A DNA stretch of 56,368 nt from a virus (IMGVR_UViG_3300017912_000240:1-56368); one strand, 5' to 3'. Counted from the stretch's first letter, positions 6,659-17,201 are shown. Made by a program: numbers and translations. Notes: generated by a model not told the origin, from the letters alone.

Positions 6659-8221
6659 TTGAGTAATCACGAATTGTTACAAGATGAAACAAAGTCTATC
6701 CCTGACTTTAAAAATTATGTAGACTTTAAATTTAATATGGAGCGATATATTAAGGCAAAGTCTAAGACAGACTTCCTTACATTTGTTCGCAAGACAGCCC
6801 CCACTCTGGTTACAGACTTTAAGATGGGTAGGCACATTGAGCTATTGTGTGACAGACTACAGAAGGTAGCCGATGGTGAAATAAAAAGACTGATGGTCTT
6901 TCTACCACCCCGTAGTAGTAAAAGTCTTATTACTAGTAAGATATTTCCTGCGTGGTATATAGGCCGTGAGCCTAACCACGAGATTATGTCTGTGTCCCAC
7001 AGCGACCAACTGGCTAGTGACTTTGGACGTAGCGTTAGGGACATTGTAAACACAGAAGAGTTTCAGCGTACATTCAAGGGTGTGTCTCTGCGGTCAGACG
7101 TTAAGGCAGCAGGTAAGTGGAAGACAAACCACAATGGCTCCTACTATGCAGCAGGTGTGCGGTCACAGATTGCAGGTCGTGGCGCACACCTAGCCTTACT
7201 GGATGATGTTATGTCTGAAGAAGACAGCTTCAGTGAGGCAGGCCGTAGGTATATCAAGGAGTGGTGGCCTTCTGGTTTGCGTACCCGTCTAATGCCTAAT
7301 GGTTCTATTATTATTATTAATACAAGATATCACTTTGATGACTTATGCGGCTGGCTGCTAAAGCAAGAGTCAGAGTTTACCACAGAGCCGTGGGAAGTAA
7401 TTAGTATTCCTGCATGGCTAGACGAGACTGCAGCAGATTTGCTGGGTTTGCCAGAAGGCACGTCATACTTTCCAGAATGGAAGCCAGATGATGTATTGAA
7501 GCTAGACGAGCAAGAGATACGAGCAAGCAATGGGAGTAGATACTGGGATGCGCTATATATGCAAAACCCCTCGCCAGACGAAGGCGGTATTATCAAAAAA
7601 AACTGGTTTCAGTGGTGGGAGTATGAAGAGCCACCGCACTGCGAGTTTATTATCCAGACCTACGACACAGCATTCTCTACTAAGAAAACGGCAGACTATA
7701 GTGTCATACAAACGTGGGGCATTTTCCATCAAGTCGAGCAAGATGAATATGGTGGAGAATATGTCGTTCCCAACCTCATCCTTCTCGGAAATGTTAAAGA
7801 ACGGTTCGAGTATCCTGACCTTCGCCGCACGGCACAACATCTATACCAAAAACACAGACCAGATGTGTGTATCATTGAGAAGAAGGCTTCTGGTCAATCG
7901 CTGCTTCAGGACATGCGCCTCGCTGGACTACCTGTTTTGGACTACCTTCCTGATAGGGACAAAGTTTCACGTGTCTATGCCGCTACGCCTCTTATGGAGT
8001 CGGGTCGTGTCTACATCCCGAAAGGCAAGGAGTGGGCAAAGGATTTATTCGATGAATGCCTAGCCTTTCCCAATGGCGCACATGATGACCAAGTAGACGC
8101 AATGACTATGGCTATCCACTATATGAGGGACAGTTGGCATGTGTCACACAATGAAGACCCTGACTGGGAAGATGATTATAATCCTAGAAGACAAAAGAGG
8201 GTTGGATACTGGAGAACTTAG
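6659..8221 (+). CDS. terL: Terminase large subunit
   Basis: PPRSSKS Walker A, LLDD Walker B, nuclease motifs QTYDTA and HDDQVDA. Confidence 0.95.
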   Translation: MSNHELLQDETKSIPDFKNYVDFKFNMERYIKAKSKTDFLTFVRKTAPTLVTDFKMGRHIELLCDRLQKVADGEIKRLMVFLPPRSSKSLITSKIFPAWYIGREPNHEIMSVSHSDQLASDFGRSVRDIVNTEEFQRTFKGVSLRSDVKAAGKWKTNHNGSYYAAGVRSQIAGRGAHLALLDDVMSEEDSFSEAGRRYIKEWWPSGLRTRLMPNGSIIIINTRYHFDDLCGWLLKQESEFTTEPWEVISIPAWLDETAADLLGLPEGTSYFPEWKPDDVLKLDEQEIRASNGSRYWDALYMQNPSPDEGGIIKKNWFQWWEYEEPPHCEFIIQTYDTAFSTKKTADYSVIQTWGIFHQVEQDEYGGEYVVPNLILLGNVKERFEYPDLRRTAQHLYQKHRPDVCIIEKKASGQSLLQDMRLAGLPVLDYLPDRDKVSRVYAATPLMESGRVYIPKGKEWAKDLFDECLAFPNGAHDDQVDAMTMAIHYMRDSWHVSHNEDPDWEDDYNPRRQKRVGYWRT

Positions 8222-8230
8222 TGGTATAAT
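8202..8230 (+). promoter_or_regulatory. Promoter TTGGAT-N17-TATAAT
   Basis: ATG 7 nt beyond the -10, so probably leaderless. Confidence 0.6.
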
Positions 8231-8237
8231 ATTGCCT

Positions 8238-8537
8238 ATGGCTCCACGTATACCTAGAAAAAAGGGACAACCCGCACGAAGCAAAAAGCATTCTGATTTA
8301 TATACGGATGAAAACCCCAAGGGTACAATACGTGGATTAAAGTTTGCCACTACAAAAGATGCAGAAGCAAGCGTCAGAAAGATTAAGGCCAGTGGTAGAA
8401 CTCATGCCCACAAGATACAAGCAGCAATTGCTATGGAGCAGAGAGCAAAGGTAGCAGGTAAAACTGGTGCTAGTTCTGTGTATAGAAAATACATTGAACA
8501 AATGAAACGCAAAACAAAAGCTAGGAAAAAAGCATAA
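8238..8537 (+). CDS. Small basic conserved phage protein
   Basis: MAPRIPRKK...HSDLYTDENPKGTI; TAATG coupling to the portal gene. Confidence 0.7.
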   Translation: MAPRIPRKKGQPARSKKHSDLYTDENPKGTIRGLKFATTKDAEASVRKIKASGRTHAHKIQAAIAMEQRAKVAGKTGASSVYRKYIEQMKRKTKARKKA

Positions 8538-11059
8538 TGGCTACAGAACGTAATCCTTACGAGCAAATTCCACAAGACAATATTGTTGAACTTAATATTG
8601 AAAAAGAAATGACGGGAGAAGCCAACATTGAGGTAGACCCTGACACAGGAGATATTGTTGTAGACCTTGAACCTATTTCAGAAGAACTAGAAATTGAAAT
8701 AGATTTGAATACAGGCTTTTATGAAAATCTAGCAGAAAAGATTGATGATGACCGCCTAGAAGAAATAGGCAATATGGTCATTGATAAGTTTGAAGCAGAC
8801 AAGGATTCTCGTGCAGAATGGGAGTCAATGTTTGAACGTGGCTTTGACCTACTTGGTCTGAAGCTAGAAGACACAACTGAACCTTTTGAGGGTGCAGCTA
8901 CAGCAGTGCATCCCCTGTTGATTGAGTCAGCAGTTAAGTTTCAGTCAAAAGCCTCACAAGAATTATTTCCACCTAAAGGGCCAATAAAAACACAAGTTGT
9001 TGGACAAGAAACAATTGAAAGAATAAAACAAGCGAATCGTGTTCAAAACTTTATGAACTATCAGTTGACAGAGCAGATGCCTGAATACTTTGATGAGTTT
9101 GAGCGCATGTTGTTTCATCTACCTCTGATTGGCTCTGCAATTAAGAAGATTTATTATGATGCCAGTTTGGGTCGCCCTGTTAGTGAGTTTGTTCCTATTG
9201 ACCAGTTCTATGTTTCTTACTATGCAACTGACCTTATGAGAGCAGACAGATATACACATGTAGTATATCGCAGTCCAGTAGAACTTGCCCGTCAGATTAA
9301 TGCAGGCATGTATGCAGATATTGAGTTGCCAGAGGCAGGTGTTCCAAACTTGTCAGGCATGGCAGAAAAGATGGACACAGTTCTTGGGCTGTCTCCTGCC
9401 AGTGATAATGATGAACAATATGTTTTACTCGAACAACATTGTTATCTGGATATGCCAGAAGACAAGATGCATGATGGCAATGTTGCCTGTCCCTACATTG
9501 TAACAGTTGAAGAACAGTCAGGCAAAGTTTTGTCGATTAGAAGAAACTGGAATGAAGGAGATGAAAAGTATATCAAAAAACTACACTTCACCCATTATCG
9601 TTATGTTCCTGGTTTTGGCTTTTATGGGTTGGGGCTTATTCACTTTCTTGGCAATCTTACTATGTCTGCCACTGCTGCTATGCGTAGTTTGCTGGATGCT
9701 GGTCAGTTCGCCAATCTCCCTGGTGGCTTTAAGGCTAAAGGAGTACGTATGGTCGGAGATAACGACCCTATTGCACCAGGTGAGTTTAAAGAAGTAGAGG
9801 CTACTGGAGTAGACCTAAGTAAAGCAATTATACCTCTTCCATTTAAGGAACCGTCACAAACTCTGTTTAATATGTTGTCCTTTGTGACAGGTGCTGGTCA
9901 AAAGTTTGCTGACAGCACAGAACAAGTTATTGCAGATAGTGGTGGCTATGGTCCAGTTGGGACAACTATGGCATTGCTTGAGGCATCTAGTAAATTTTTC
10001 TCTGCTATACATAAACGGCTTCATAAGGCACAGCGTGATGAATTTAAAATTCTTAAAAGAATTGATTCAGAATACTTACCAAATGAATATCCCTATGATT
10101 TACCAGGAATAGAAGAAAAGATTTTCAAGGCAGACTTTAATAAGTGTGTAGATGTTATTCCTGTTTCTGACCCTAATATTCCATCAAATGCTCAACGTAT
10201 GATGCTTATTCAGATGGTACAGCAGATTGCTGCACAGTCACCGCCTGATATGTTTGACATGGAACAAATTAATCGTATGCTCTTAACTGCTGCTAATGTT
10301 CCTGATGTAGACAAACTTATGCCTCGTAAAGAAGAAGCAATGCCTCAAGACCCAATGTCTGATATTATTAACGTATCTAAAGGCAAACCTATTAAAGCAT
10401 TTACAGGCCAAAACCACCAAGCTCATGTTCAATTTAAAACTGCATACTTGCAAGACCCAACAACGGCTCAAAATCCTGCGGCTCCAAAGATTGCTGCAGC
10501 CCTGCAGTCTAATATTTCAGAACATATGTTAATGGCGTATGAAGAACAGCTTAATGGTTTGGTTCAACAGGGACAACAAATAGTTGCTCAAAACCCAGAA
10601 ATGGCTATGCAGGTTCAGCAACAGCTTGCACAAACACCAGACCCAGAAGCAATGGTACAGGCACAGGCAGCACAACAGTTGCAGCAAATGCATGCACAAA
10701 TTATGCAGGGTGGAGCAGGAACACCTGAACAACAAATGGTTCAACTTGAATCTCAACGACTACAGGTTGAACAACAAAAAAATCAAACTCTTGCGGCTAA
10801 AGAGCAAGTTAATGCTGCTCTTAAAAATCGTGACCTTGACCTTAAGGAACAAAAAATTGTTCTTGATGCACAAAAAGCAGGAGTATCAGAACAAATTAAA
10901 GTTATGCAAAAAGAAGAAGACAGAAGTAATAAACGAGCCATTGAAGCTATGAAATTACTTGGAGACCTTCTTAAAGCACAAGATGCCAATGAGCTTGAGG
11001 AATCTAAGGCAACTGCAAATTTGCTAATGGATTTAATTAAGCAGGGTGGTATTGATTAA
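8537..11059 (+). CDS. Portal protein (HMO-2011-like podovirus type)
   Basis: Position after TerL; HPLLIESAVKFQ, PGFGFYGLG and GTTMALLE motifs; Q-rich coiled C-terminal barrel. Confidence 0.9.
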   Translation: MATERNPYEQIPQDNIVELNIEKEMTGEANIEVDPDTGDIVVDLEPISEELEIEIDLNTGFYENLAEKIDDDRLEEIGNMVIDKFEADKDSRAEWESMFERGFDLLGLKLEDTTEPFEGAATAVHPLLIESAVKFQSKASQELFPPKGPIKTQVVGQETIERIKQANRVQNFMNYQLTEQMPEYFDEFERMLFHLPLIGSAIKKIYYDASLGRPVSEFVPIDQFYVSYYATDLMRADRYTHVVYRSPVELARQINAGMYADIELPEAGVPNLSGMAEKMDTVLGLSPASDNDEQYVLLEQHCYLDMPEDKMHDGNVACPYIVTVEEQSGKVLSIRRNWNEGDEKYIKKLHFTHYRYVPGFGFYGLGLIHFLGNLTMSATAAMRSLLDAGQFANLPGGFKAKGVRMVGDNDPIAPGEFKEVEATGVDLSKAIIPLPFKEPSQTLFNMLSFVTGAGQKFADSTEQVIADSGGYGPVGTTMALLEASSKFFSAIHKRLHKAQRDEFKILKRIDSEYLPNEYPYDLPGIEEKIFKADFNKCVDVIPVSDPNIPSNAQRMMLIQMVQQIAAQSPPDMFDMEQINRMLLTAANVPDVDKLMPRKEEAMPQDPMSDIINVSKGKPIKAFTGQNHQAHVQFKTAYLQDPTTAQNPAAPKIAAALQSNISEHMLMAYEEQLNGLVQQGQQIVAQNPEMAMQVQQQLAQTPDPEAMVQAQAAQQLQQMHAQIMQGGAGTPEQQMVQLESQRLQVEQQKNQTLAAKEQVNAALKNRDLDLKEQKIVLDAQKAGVSEQIKVMQKEEDRSNKRAIEAMKLLGDLLKAQDANELEESKATANLLMDLIKQGGID

Positions 11060-11241
11060 TGTTATATGAAGATATTGCAAAAGAATTACAAAAAGAAATA
11101 GAAAATATTAAAAATTCACTTGCATATGGTGGAAGTTCAGATTATCATAGTTACAGAGAAAGCGTAGGTAGGATTGCAGGAATCGAATCTAGTTTAAATA
11201 TACTAAAAGATTATATTAGTAAATACGTAGAAGAGGATTAA
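11059..11241 (+). CDS. Small conserved protein between portal and GroES
   Basis: Coupled ORF; DYxxYRxxVGxIxG pattern. Confidence 0.65.
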   Translation: MLYEDIAKELQKEIENIKNSLAYGGSSDYHSYRESVGRIAGIESSLNILKDYISKYVEED

Positions 11242-11242
11242 T

Positions 11243-11650
11243 ATGCAAGCAGTATCAGGTGCTTTTAAGAATGATGAGTTTATTACTGACGCCGAAGTTC
11301 CAGACCCAGAGGTACTCCCAGACGTACCAGGATATCATGTCCTTGTTAGACCAGTATCGGTTAAGGGTAAAACTAAGGGTGGTATACTATTACCAGATTC
11401 CACCAAACAGGACATGGCTTATCTTACAACAGTTGGTCGGGTTTTAAAAGTTGGAAACTTAGCCTATGGTGATGAAAAATTTAAACAACGTCCTTGGTGT
11501 AAAGAAGGCGACTATGTTTGTTATGGTAAGCATAGTGGCAATAGATTTATATACAAGGGTGTACAACTACTTTTAATCTTTGATGATGAAATTAAAATGA
11601 TTGTTGAAGATGCTAAAGATTTAGACCCTACATTTAATTTATCCAATTAA
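11243..11650 (+). CDS. groES: GroES-like co-chaperonin
   Basis: KTKGGILLP, VGRVLKVG, GDYV and LLIFDDEI motifs. Confidence 0.85.
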   Translation: MQAVSGAFKNDEFITDAEVPDPEVLPDVPGYHVLVRPVSVKGKTKGGILLPDSTKQDMAYLTTVGRVLKVGNLAYGDEKFKQRPWCKEGDYVCYGKHSGNRFIYKGVQLLLIFDDEIKMIVEDAKDLDPTFNLSN

Positions 11651-11651
11651 T

Positions 11652-11680
11652 TTGTATAAGTAAAAACTATATTGTATAAT
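11652..11680 (+). promoter_or_regulatory. Promoter TTGTAT-N17-TATAAT
   Basis: Intergenic, upstream of the scaffold gene. Confidence 0.65.
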
Positions 11681-11737
11681 ATACAGTGTAAAGCGTAATC
11701 CGTCTATTTCGCTATGGACGTAAAACAGGAGAATAGA

Positions 11738-12724
11738 ATGTCAGATGAGTGGACGACAGTTGAGCCTAATAAGGCTGAACCCGAAGAAAAAATTGAAATT
11801 GAAATTGAAGGACAAGAAGAAGAACAACAATCCCTGCCTCTTGAGGTCGAAAAGGAAGAACCTGTTGAAGAACAGGTAAAAGAAAAACAAGAAGAAAAAG
11901 TACAAACAGATGAAGAAAAAGCTCTTGAAGGTGTAGAAACTTCAGGCGCACAAAAAAGGATTCGTCAGCTAGTTTCTCAAAAGAAGGAACGTGAAGCTGA
12001 AATTGAAAAACTTCTGGAGCAAAACAAGCAAATGCAAGTTGCGCTTCAGCAAAAAGAAGATGAGTATAGAACTGCTTTATCCAGCAATCTTGAAAGTTCA
12101 GAAAAACAAATTGAAGAGCGTCTTTCTGTAGCAAGAGATTCTTATAAAAGAGCAGTAGACTCTGGTGATTCAGAGCTTATTCTTAAAGCTCAAGAATATT
12201 TAAACTCTGCACAATTAGATGCAAGCCGTCTTGGAGATGCCAAAAAACAGTTTGAGCAGGCTGCTTCTGTAGAACAGCAGCAAGAGGCAGAAGCCCAACA
12301 GCCCCAGCAAGAAAGCTATATGGGCTATGATATGAAAGCATATCAATGGGCATCTCAAAATGATTGGTTTAATAGGGACCAGATTTTAACTTCAGCAGCC
12401 TTGGTTATTGACCAGCAGCTTAAAGAAGAAGGTTTTGACCCTAAAGATGATGAGTTTTATGAGGAAGTTGATAAGCGTTTAGCTGATGCCTTCCCACATA
12501 AGTTTGGTGGAGACACCGAAACCCCCGTACCGCAGGAAACGTCATCTCCTGCTCAAGTGGTGGCTGGAGCCTCGCTAGCTCCAAAAGCCTCATCTGGTAA
12601 GAAAGTCAAACTGACGCAAGAAGATGTTAGACTAGCACAAAAATGGGGAATATCACTTGAACAGTATGCACAAGAAAAGCTTAAGATTGAACAAGCTGGT
12701 GATAGCGCATACACTACTATATAG
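11738..12724 (+). CDS. Putative capsid scaffolding protein
   Basis: Acidic coiled-coil protein upstream of MCP; AGGAG SD before ATG 11738. Confidence 0.7.
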   Translation: MSDEWTTVEPNKAEPEEKIEIEIEGQEEEQQSLPLEVEKEEPVEEQVKEKQEEKVQTDEEKALEGVETSGAQKRIRQLVSQKKEREAEIEKLLEQNKQMQVALQQKEDEYRTALSSNLESSEKQIEERLSVARDSYKRAVDSGDSELILKAQEYLNSAQLDASRLGDAKKQFEQAASVEQQQEAEAQQPQQESYMGYDMKAYQWASQNDWFNRDQILTSAALVIDQQLKEEGFDPKDDEFYEEVDKRLADAFPHKFGGDTETPVPQETSSPAQVVAGASLAPKASSGKKVKLTQEDVRLAQKWGISLEQYAQEKLKIEQAGDSAYTTI

Positions 12725-12744
12725 CAAGCGAAAGGAAAACACAT

Positions 12745-13230
12745 ATGGCACGGACTACTACACGTAATACACAGACTCGTGAACTGGATACAAGAGAAGA
12801 AGAATATACATATACTGAACCTAACCTTTTAGATATTCCTGAATCTGTTACAGATAGATTTGCAGGACAGGGAATGAAACTTCGTTGGTTGCGTACAACT
12901 ATAAAAGGTGCGGATGATTATGCTAACATTGGTAAACGTATTCAAGAAGGATATGAATTTGTTTCTCTTGATGAAGTACCCGAAATGGCTCACACTGCAA
13001 TGGTGAAAGAAGAGGGTCGTTATAAGGGTACTGTCTGTCGTGGTGACTTGGCTTTGGCAAAAATCCCAGTCAAACGTGCTGAAGCACGACAAAGACATTA
13101 TGAACAGGCTTCAGACCACATGATTGATGCGGTTAATTCACAACTTGAAAACATGAGTGACCGTAGAATGCCTATTCAAAATCAAAGTAAATCAAACGTA
13201 ACCAAGGGACGTAATCCTAGTTTCGACTAA
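12745..13230 (+). CDS. Conserved head-module protein
   Basis: RWLR...EGYEFV...GDLALAKIP pattern; position in head operon. Confidence 0.65.
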   Translation: MARTTTRNTQTRELDTREEEYTYTEPNLLDIPESVTDRFAGQGMKLRWLRTTIKGADDYANIGKRIQEGYEFVSLDEVPEMAHTAMVKEEGRYKGTVCRGDLALAKIPVKRAEARQRHYEQASDHMIDAVNSQLENMSDRRMPIQNQSKSNVTKGRNPSFD

Positions 13231-13271
13231 TTTATCTGCCTTGGTTGCACAATCTTGAAGGAGATAAAAAA

Positions 13272-13862
13272 ATGACTGCAACTTTTGCACCTAATGGTTT
13301 GACTCCTTCCCGTATTCGTGGTGCTTCTCCGAATAGCAATGGTACTAATGAGTATTCTATTGCTTCAGGTGAAGCCACAACTATGTACACAGGACAACCT
13401 GTTCGTGTGTCTGCTGGTAAGCTTCAAGCAATTATTTCAGTTGGACAAGCTACCACTGGTGTATTCCAAGGCTGCCGCTATGTAGAAGACGGGGAACAAA
13501 AGTTTAAATCATATTGGCCTGGTGGCACTTCTGCCACTGACGCCGTAGGATTTGTTACTGACAATCCTGCACAAATTTATGTTATTCAATCAGATGCCTC
13601 AGTAACTGCAGGCACTATTGGTAGCACATTGGCATTTAAAGATTCATTGACATCTGGTTCAACTTTTACTGGTAAGTCAGGTGCTAGTGCTGATGGAAGT
13701 ACAACCAATACCACTGGACAAGACCTAAAAGTTATTGGTATTGTTGATGAACCAGGTAATGTGCTTGGTGATGCATTTACTAAAATTGAAGTAATGCTGA
13801 ACTTGCACGAAGATAACTTCCGTAATGTATTTGTTACGGCTCCAGTGACTACAACTAACTAA
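13272..13862 (+). CDS. Putative capsid decoration/cement protein
   Basis: Beta-rich, GVFQGCRY motif, immediately upstream of MCP; GGAG SD. Confidence 0.6.
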   Translation: MTATFAPNGLTPSRIRGASPNSNGTNEYSIASGEATTMYTGQPVRVSAGKLQAIISVGQATTGVFQGCRYVEDGEQKFKSYWPGGTSATDAVGFVTDNPAQIYVIQSDASVTAGTIGSTLAFKDSLTSGSTFTGKSGASADGSTTNTTGQDLKVIGIVDEPGNVLGDAFTKIEVMLNLHEDNFRNVFVTAPVTTTN

Positions 13863-13877
13863 GGGAGATAATTAATA

Positions 13878-14813
13878 ATGGCTATTAATAGAGCAAGTAT
13901 TGCAAAAGAGCTTCTCCCTGGTCTCAATGCCGTCTTTGGTATGGAGTATGGAGAAGTTGATAATGAACATGCACCTCTGTTTGACACAGAAAATTCAGAC
14001 CGTGCATTTGAGGAAGAGGTTCTCTTCACTGGCTTTGGCACTGCACCTGTAAAAGGTGAAGGTGCTGCTGTATCGTATGACGATGCCCAAGAAAGCTTTA
14101 CATCTCGTTACACACACGAGACTATCGCTCTTGGCTTTGCTGTTACAGAAGAAGCTATGGAAGATAATCTGTATGATACGTTTGCTAAACTACGTGCAAG
14201 AGGTCTTGCCCGTGCTATGGCAAACACTAAACAAGTTAAAGCTGCTGATGTATTTAACAATGGCTTTAATTCATCATTTGCTGGTGGTGACGGTCAGCCG
14301 TTCTTTTCAGCATCTCATCCGACTGTTGGTGATGGAAACCAAAGTAATGCATTGACAGGTGCTGACCTCTCAGAGTCTTCACTTGAAACTGCTTTGATTA
14401 CTGTTTCTAAACAAAAAGATGACCGTGGCATCCTGACGGGCGCACAGGCAGTTAGCCTGCACATTCCGACTGATTCAGTGTTTATTGCTGACCAGATTCT
14501 GAATAGCACCATGTCAACAACGATTGCTTCTGGTAGTGATGGCAACGGTGTAACAAATGTAAACGACATTAACTCAATCCGTAATCAAGGGCTTCTGCCT
14601 CGTGGTTACTTTGTTAATCGCCGCTTTACTGACACTAACGCCTTCTTCGTAAAAACTGATTGCCCGAACGGTGCGAAAATGTTCGTCCGTGCGCCGCTTC
14701 AGACGAAGATGGAGCCAGATTTTGACACAGGAAACCTTCGCTTTAAGGCTCGTGAGCGTTATAGCTTCGGTTTCTCTGACTGGCGTAGCTACTACGGTAA
14801 CGCAGGCTCTTAA
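13878..14813 (+). CDS. Major capsid protein (HMO-2011-like)
   Basis: MAINRAxxAKELLPGLNAVFG...DFDTGNLRFKARERYSFG.SDWR signature. Confidence 0.92.
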   Translation: MAINRASIAKELLPGLNAVFGMEYGEVDNEHAPLFDTENSDRAFEEEVLFTGFGTAPVKGEGAAVSYDDAQESFTSRYTHETIALGFAVTEEAMEDNLYDTFAKLRARGLARAMANTKQVKAADVFNNGFNSSFAGGDGQPFFSASHPTVGDGNQSNALTGADLSESSLETALITVSKQKDDRGILTGAQAVSLHIPTDSVFIADQILNSTMSTTIASGSDGNGVTNVNDINSIRNQGLLPRGYFVNRRFTDTNAFFVKTDCPNGAKMFVRAPLQTKMEPDFDTGNLRFKARERYSFGFSDWRSYYGNAGS

Positions 14814-14837
14814 GTCTTTTATCCGTAGTTAACTTTT

Positions 14838-14872
14838 AAAGGGCGTGGGAGTTGTATCCTACGCCCTTTTTT
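14838..14872 (+). terminator. Rho-independent terminator after MCP, overlapping a TTGTAT-N17-TATAAT promoter (14852-14880)
   Basis: AAAGGGCGTGGGA...TCCTACGCCC-TTTTTT. Confidence 0.8.
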
Positions 14873-14911
14873 AGTATAATATAGCTACTAACATTTTTAT
14901 AGGAGCAATCA

Positions 14912-15202
14912 ATGACTAATATTAGAAGCGCATTTGTTTCTGGGACTGGTACTTTTGTAGATTCTCTTACTAGTGTAACTGTTGCAGATACCCGTGTACG
15001 TGGTGTTAATTGTGTAGGAACAGGCATTGTAGTTATTACTGGTACATCTACTGACCCTTTTGGTAATACAATTGGCGGTCGAATTAAGTTTCAAGTAAAC
15101 GGAAGTAATTATCAAAAACTAACAGATAATGGTGTACGTATGGCAGGAAATGTAATTGTTTCTGCGGCGTCTACTATTTCAACAACTATTTATTATGGCT
15201 GA
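14912..15202 (+). CDS. Small virion protein
   Basis: AGGAG SD; beta-rich, S/T/V-rich. Confidence 0.6.
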   Translation: MTNIRSAFVSGTGTFVDSLTSVTVADTRVRGVNCVGTGIVVITGTSTDPFGNTIGGRIKFQVNGSNYQKLTDNGVRMAGNVIVSAASTISTTIYYG

Positions 15203-15848
15203 TTACACATACCTTGTCAATGATATTATTCAGGCCACTGAAAACGATGGTGCTGAATTTATTAATTATATACCAAAGATAGTTAATCGTGCAGAAGAAC
15301 GGCTAACTAAATCTTTAGATGATGCAGGCCTTGTACAAACAACAACAGTTAGTCTTGTGTCTGCAACAAACATCTTTACACTTCCTACGGGAACTCGTGT
15401 AATTAAAAATATTTTTATTGAAGATAGTGGAACTAAGATAAATCTTTTACCTAGAACTGATGAGTTTATAAATGATTACTGGCCTGTCAGTGCCAGCACA
15501 GGAACTCCCAAATATTATGCAAGACAAACCAATACTAAAATTTTGTTTGCTCCTACTGCAAGTACCACTTATACTGGCAACATTGTATATACAGCTAGAC
15601 CTGTAACTTTAACAAGCGTAAATAATACAAATTATTTTACAGACTTTTGCTATGATGCTCTTTACTATGCATCAATGGTTGAAGCATTAAACTTTATGAA
15701 AAACTATTCAGTAACACAAGTGTATGAACAACAATATGCAAATGCTGTAGAAGCACTTAGAAATCAAGCAAGACGCACTCGCCGTGATGATATGCAAGCT
15801 CCTGCATCACCAGCTGGCGGTGATAACACATTAACAGGAGGAAACTAA
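15195..15848 (+). CDS. Head-tail adaptor / tail tubular A-like protein
   Basis: AEERL, GTPKYY and LYYAS motifs; synteny. Confidence 0.65.
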   Translation: MADYTYLVNDIIQATENDGAEFINYIPKIVNRAEERLTKSLDDAGLVQTTTVSLVSATNIFTLPTGTRVIKNIFIEDSGTKINLLPRTDEFINDYWPVSASTGTPKYYARQTNTKILFAPTASTTYTGNIVYTARPVTLTSVNNTNYFTDFCYDALYYASMVEALNFMKNYSVTQVYEQQYANAVEALRNQARRTRRDDMQAPASPAGGDNTLTGGN

Positions 15849-15849
15849 A

Positions 15850-16539
15850 ATGGATGAGTTCCAAAGAACAGCAACACGGGCTGATGTAGACAAAAGACGT
15901 AAAAGAAAAGCTCAACAAAGAGCAACAAATAGAGCAGCTAAAAAAGCAGCTACAGGCGCAGCACAGCGACAACTAGCATCTACGGCTGGTTCTAGGGCTT
16001 TGGGAGTTGCTGGACTTCCTGCAACAATTCTTGGCTTTCTAGGACTAAAAGGAGTTGAGTCTGTAAAAGACGCAAACGCAGCTAGAAAAAGATTTGATGA
16101 AGCATCAAATAGAATGGCTAAAGCTGCTAAAGATAAAGATATTAAAGTTCCAGGAAATCAAAGCCCAACTGATATTATGCGTAAAATAGGAAAAGGTAGA
16201 GAGGTTCTTCAACCTGCTAAAGCTGCATTGAAAAAACATAAAGTTAAATCAGGAGATACTCTTTCTGAAATTGCAAAAGCAAATAATACAACTGTTTCAA
16301 TGCTTAAAAGATTAAATCCAAATATTAAAAATGTTGATAAAATTCGTGTGGGTCAAACAGTTGTTGTTGACGAAGGAACAGCACGAACCCCCTACAAAGG
16401 CATGACAGCAAAAGAAATGAGAACAGGAAATGTTCAACGCAAACCAAAAAGTCGCCCCCTTAAGAGAGGCGGTAAAGCAGGCCGTGGTCGTGGTATGGGC
16501 GTAGCTCTCCGTGGCGGTGGTGCAGTATCTAAACGATAG
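15850..16539 (+). CDS. LysM domain-containing basic protein
   Basis: HKVKSGDTLSEIAKANNTTVSMLKRLNPNIKNVDKIRVGQ. Confidence 0.85.
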   Translation: MDEFQRTATRADVDKRRKRKAQQRATNRAAKKAATGAAQRQLASTAGSRALGVAGLPATILGFLGLKGVESVKDANAARKRFDEASNRMAKAAKDKDIKVPGNQSPTDIMRKIGKGREVLQPAKAALKKHKVKSGDTLSEIAKANNTTVSMLKRLNPNIKNVDKIRVGQTVVVDEGTARTPYKGMTAKEMRTGNVQRKPKSRPLKRGGKAGRGRGMGVALRGGGAVSKR

Positions 16540-16548
16540 GAGAAAGAT

Positions 16549-16797
16549 ATGGCTAAATTTCCAGACTTAAATAAAGATGGTAAAGTAACACAGGCTGATG
16601 TACTTATGGGGCGTGGTGTAAAACTTGCTAAAGGTGGTCGCATGGTTTATAGAGAAGGGGGCGACCAAATTGGAGGCAACCCTACTCAAGGAACTAAATC
16701 TCAAGGACAAAGAGCTTATGAAGAACAAATAAAAAATAAAAATAAATTTTTAAAAGAACTTGAAGAAGAAATGAATAAGGATAAGGAGAATATGTAA
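16549..16797 (+). CDS. Small protein with EF-hand-like loop
   Basis: FPDLNKDGKVTQADVL. Confidence 0.55.
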   Translation: MAKFPDLNKDGKVTQADVLMGRGVKLAKGGRMVYREGGDQIGGNPTQGTKSQGQRAYEEQIKNKNKFLKELEEEMNKDKENM

Positions 16798-16798
16798 A

Positions 16799-17014
16799 AT
16801 GAGTTTACTATTAGGAATAGGCGAAAAACTATATGACGATTTTAAAGGTAAAAAAAAGAAACGTCAGCAAAAAGCATATCAAAAAGGATTTGCTGCAGGA
16901 CAAGAAAGTGTAGGTGGTGGTTTAGGTATGAAACAACTGAACACTGGTGGTCAGATAGGTGACTTTGGTAAAGGTGTTTCTATTAAAGGCAGCACTATAA
17001 ACTATGTCGATTAA
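16799..17014 (+). CDS. Small hypothetical protein
   Basis: Packed ORF. Confidence 0.5.
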   Translation: MSLLLGIGEKLYDDFKGKKKKRQQKAYQKGFAAGQESVGGGLGMKQLNTGGQIGDFGKGVSIKGSTINYVD

Positions 17015-17201
17015 ACGTAAAAAGAAATCTAAAAGCAGAGTAAACGAGGCTGGTAATTATACAAAGCCAGCTATGCGTAAGCGTTTATTTAATCGTATTA
17101 AGGCTGGTTCCAAGGGGGGCCGCCCTGGTCAGTGGTCAGCAAGAAAAGCTCAAATGCTGGCTGCTGCTTATAAAAAAGCAGGTGGAGGTTACAAATCATA
17201 A
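17004..17201 (+). CDS. Small basic conserved phage protein
   Basis: NYTKPxMRKRLF...GQWSARKAQML...YKKAGGGY. Confidence 0.7.
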   Translation: MSIKRKKKSKSRVNEAGNYTKPAMRKRLFNRIKAGSKGGRPGQWSARKAQMLAAAYKKAGGGYKS

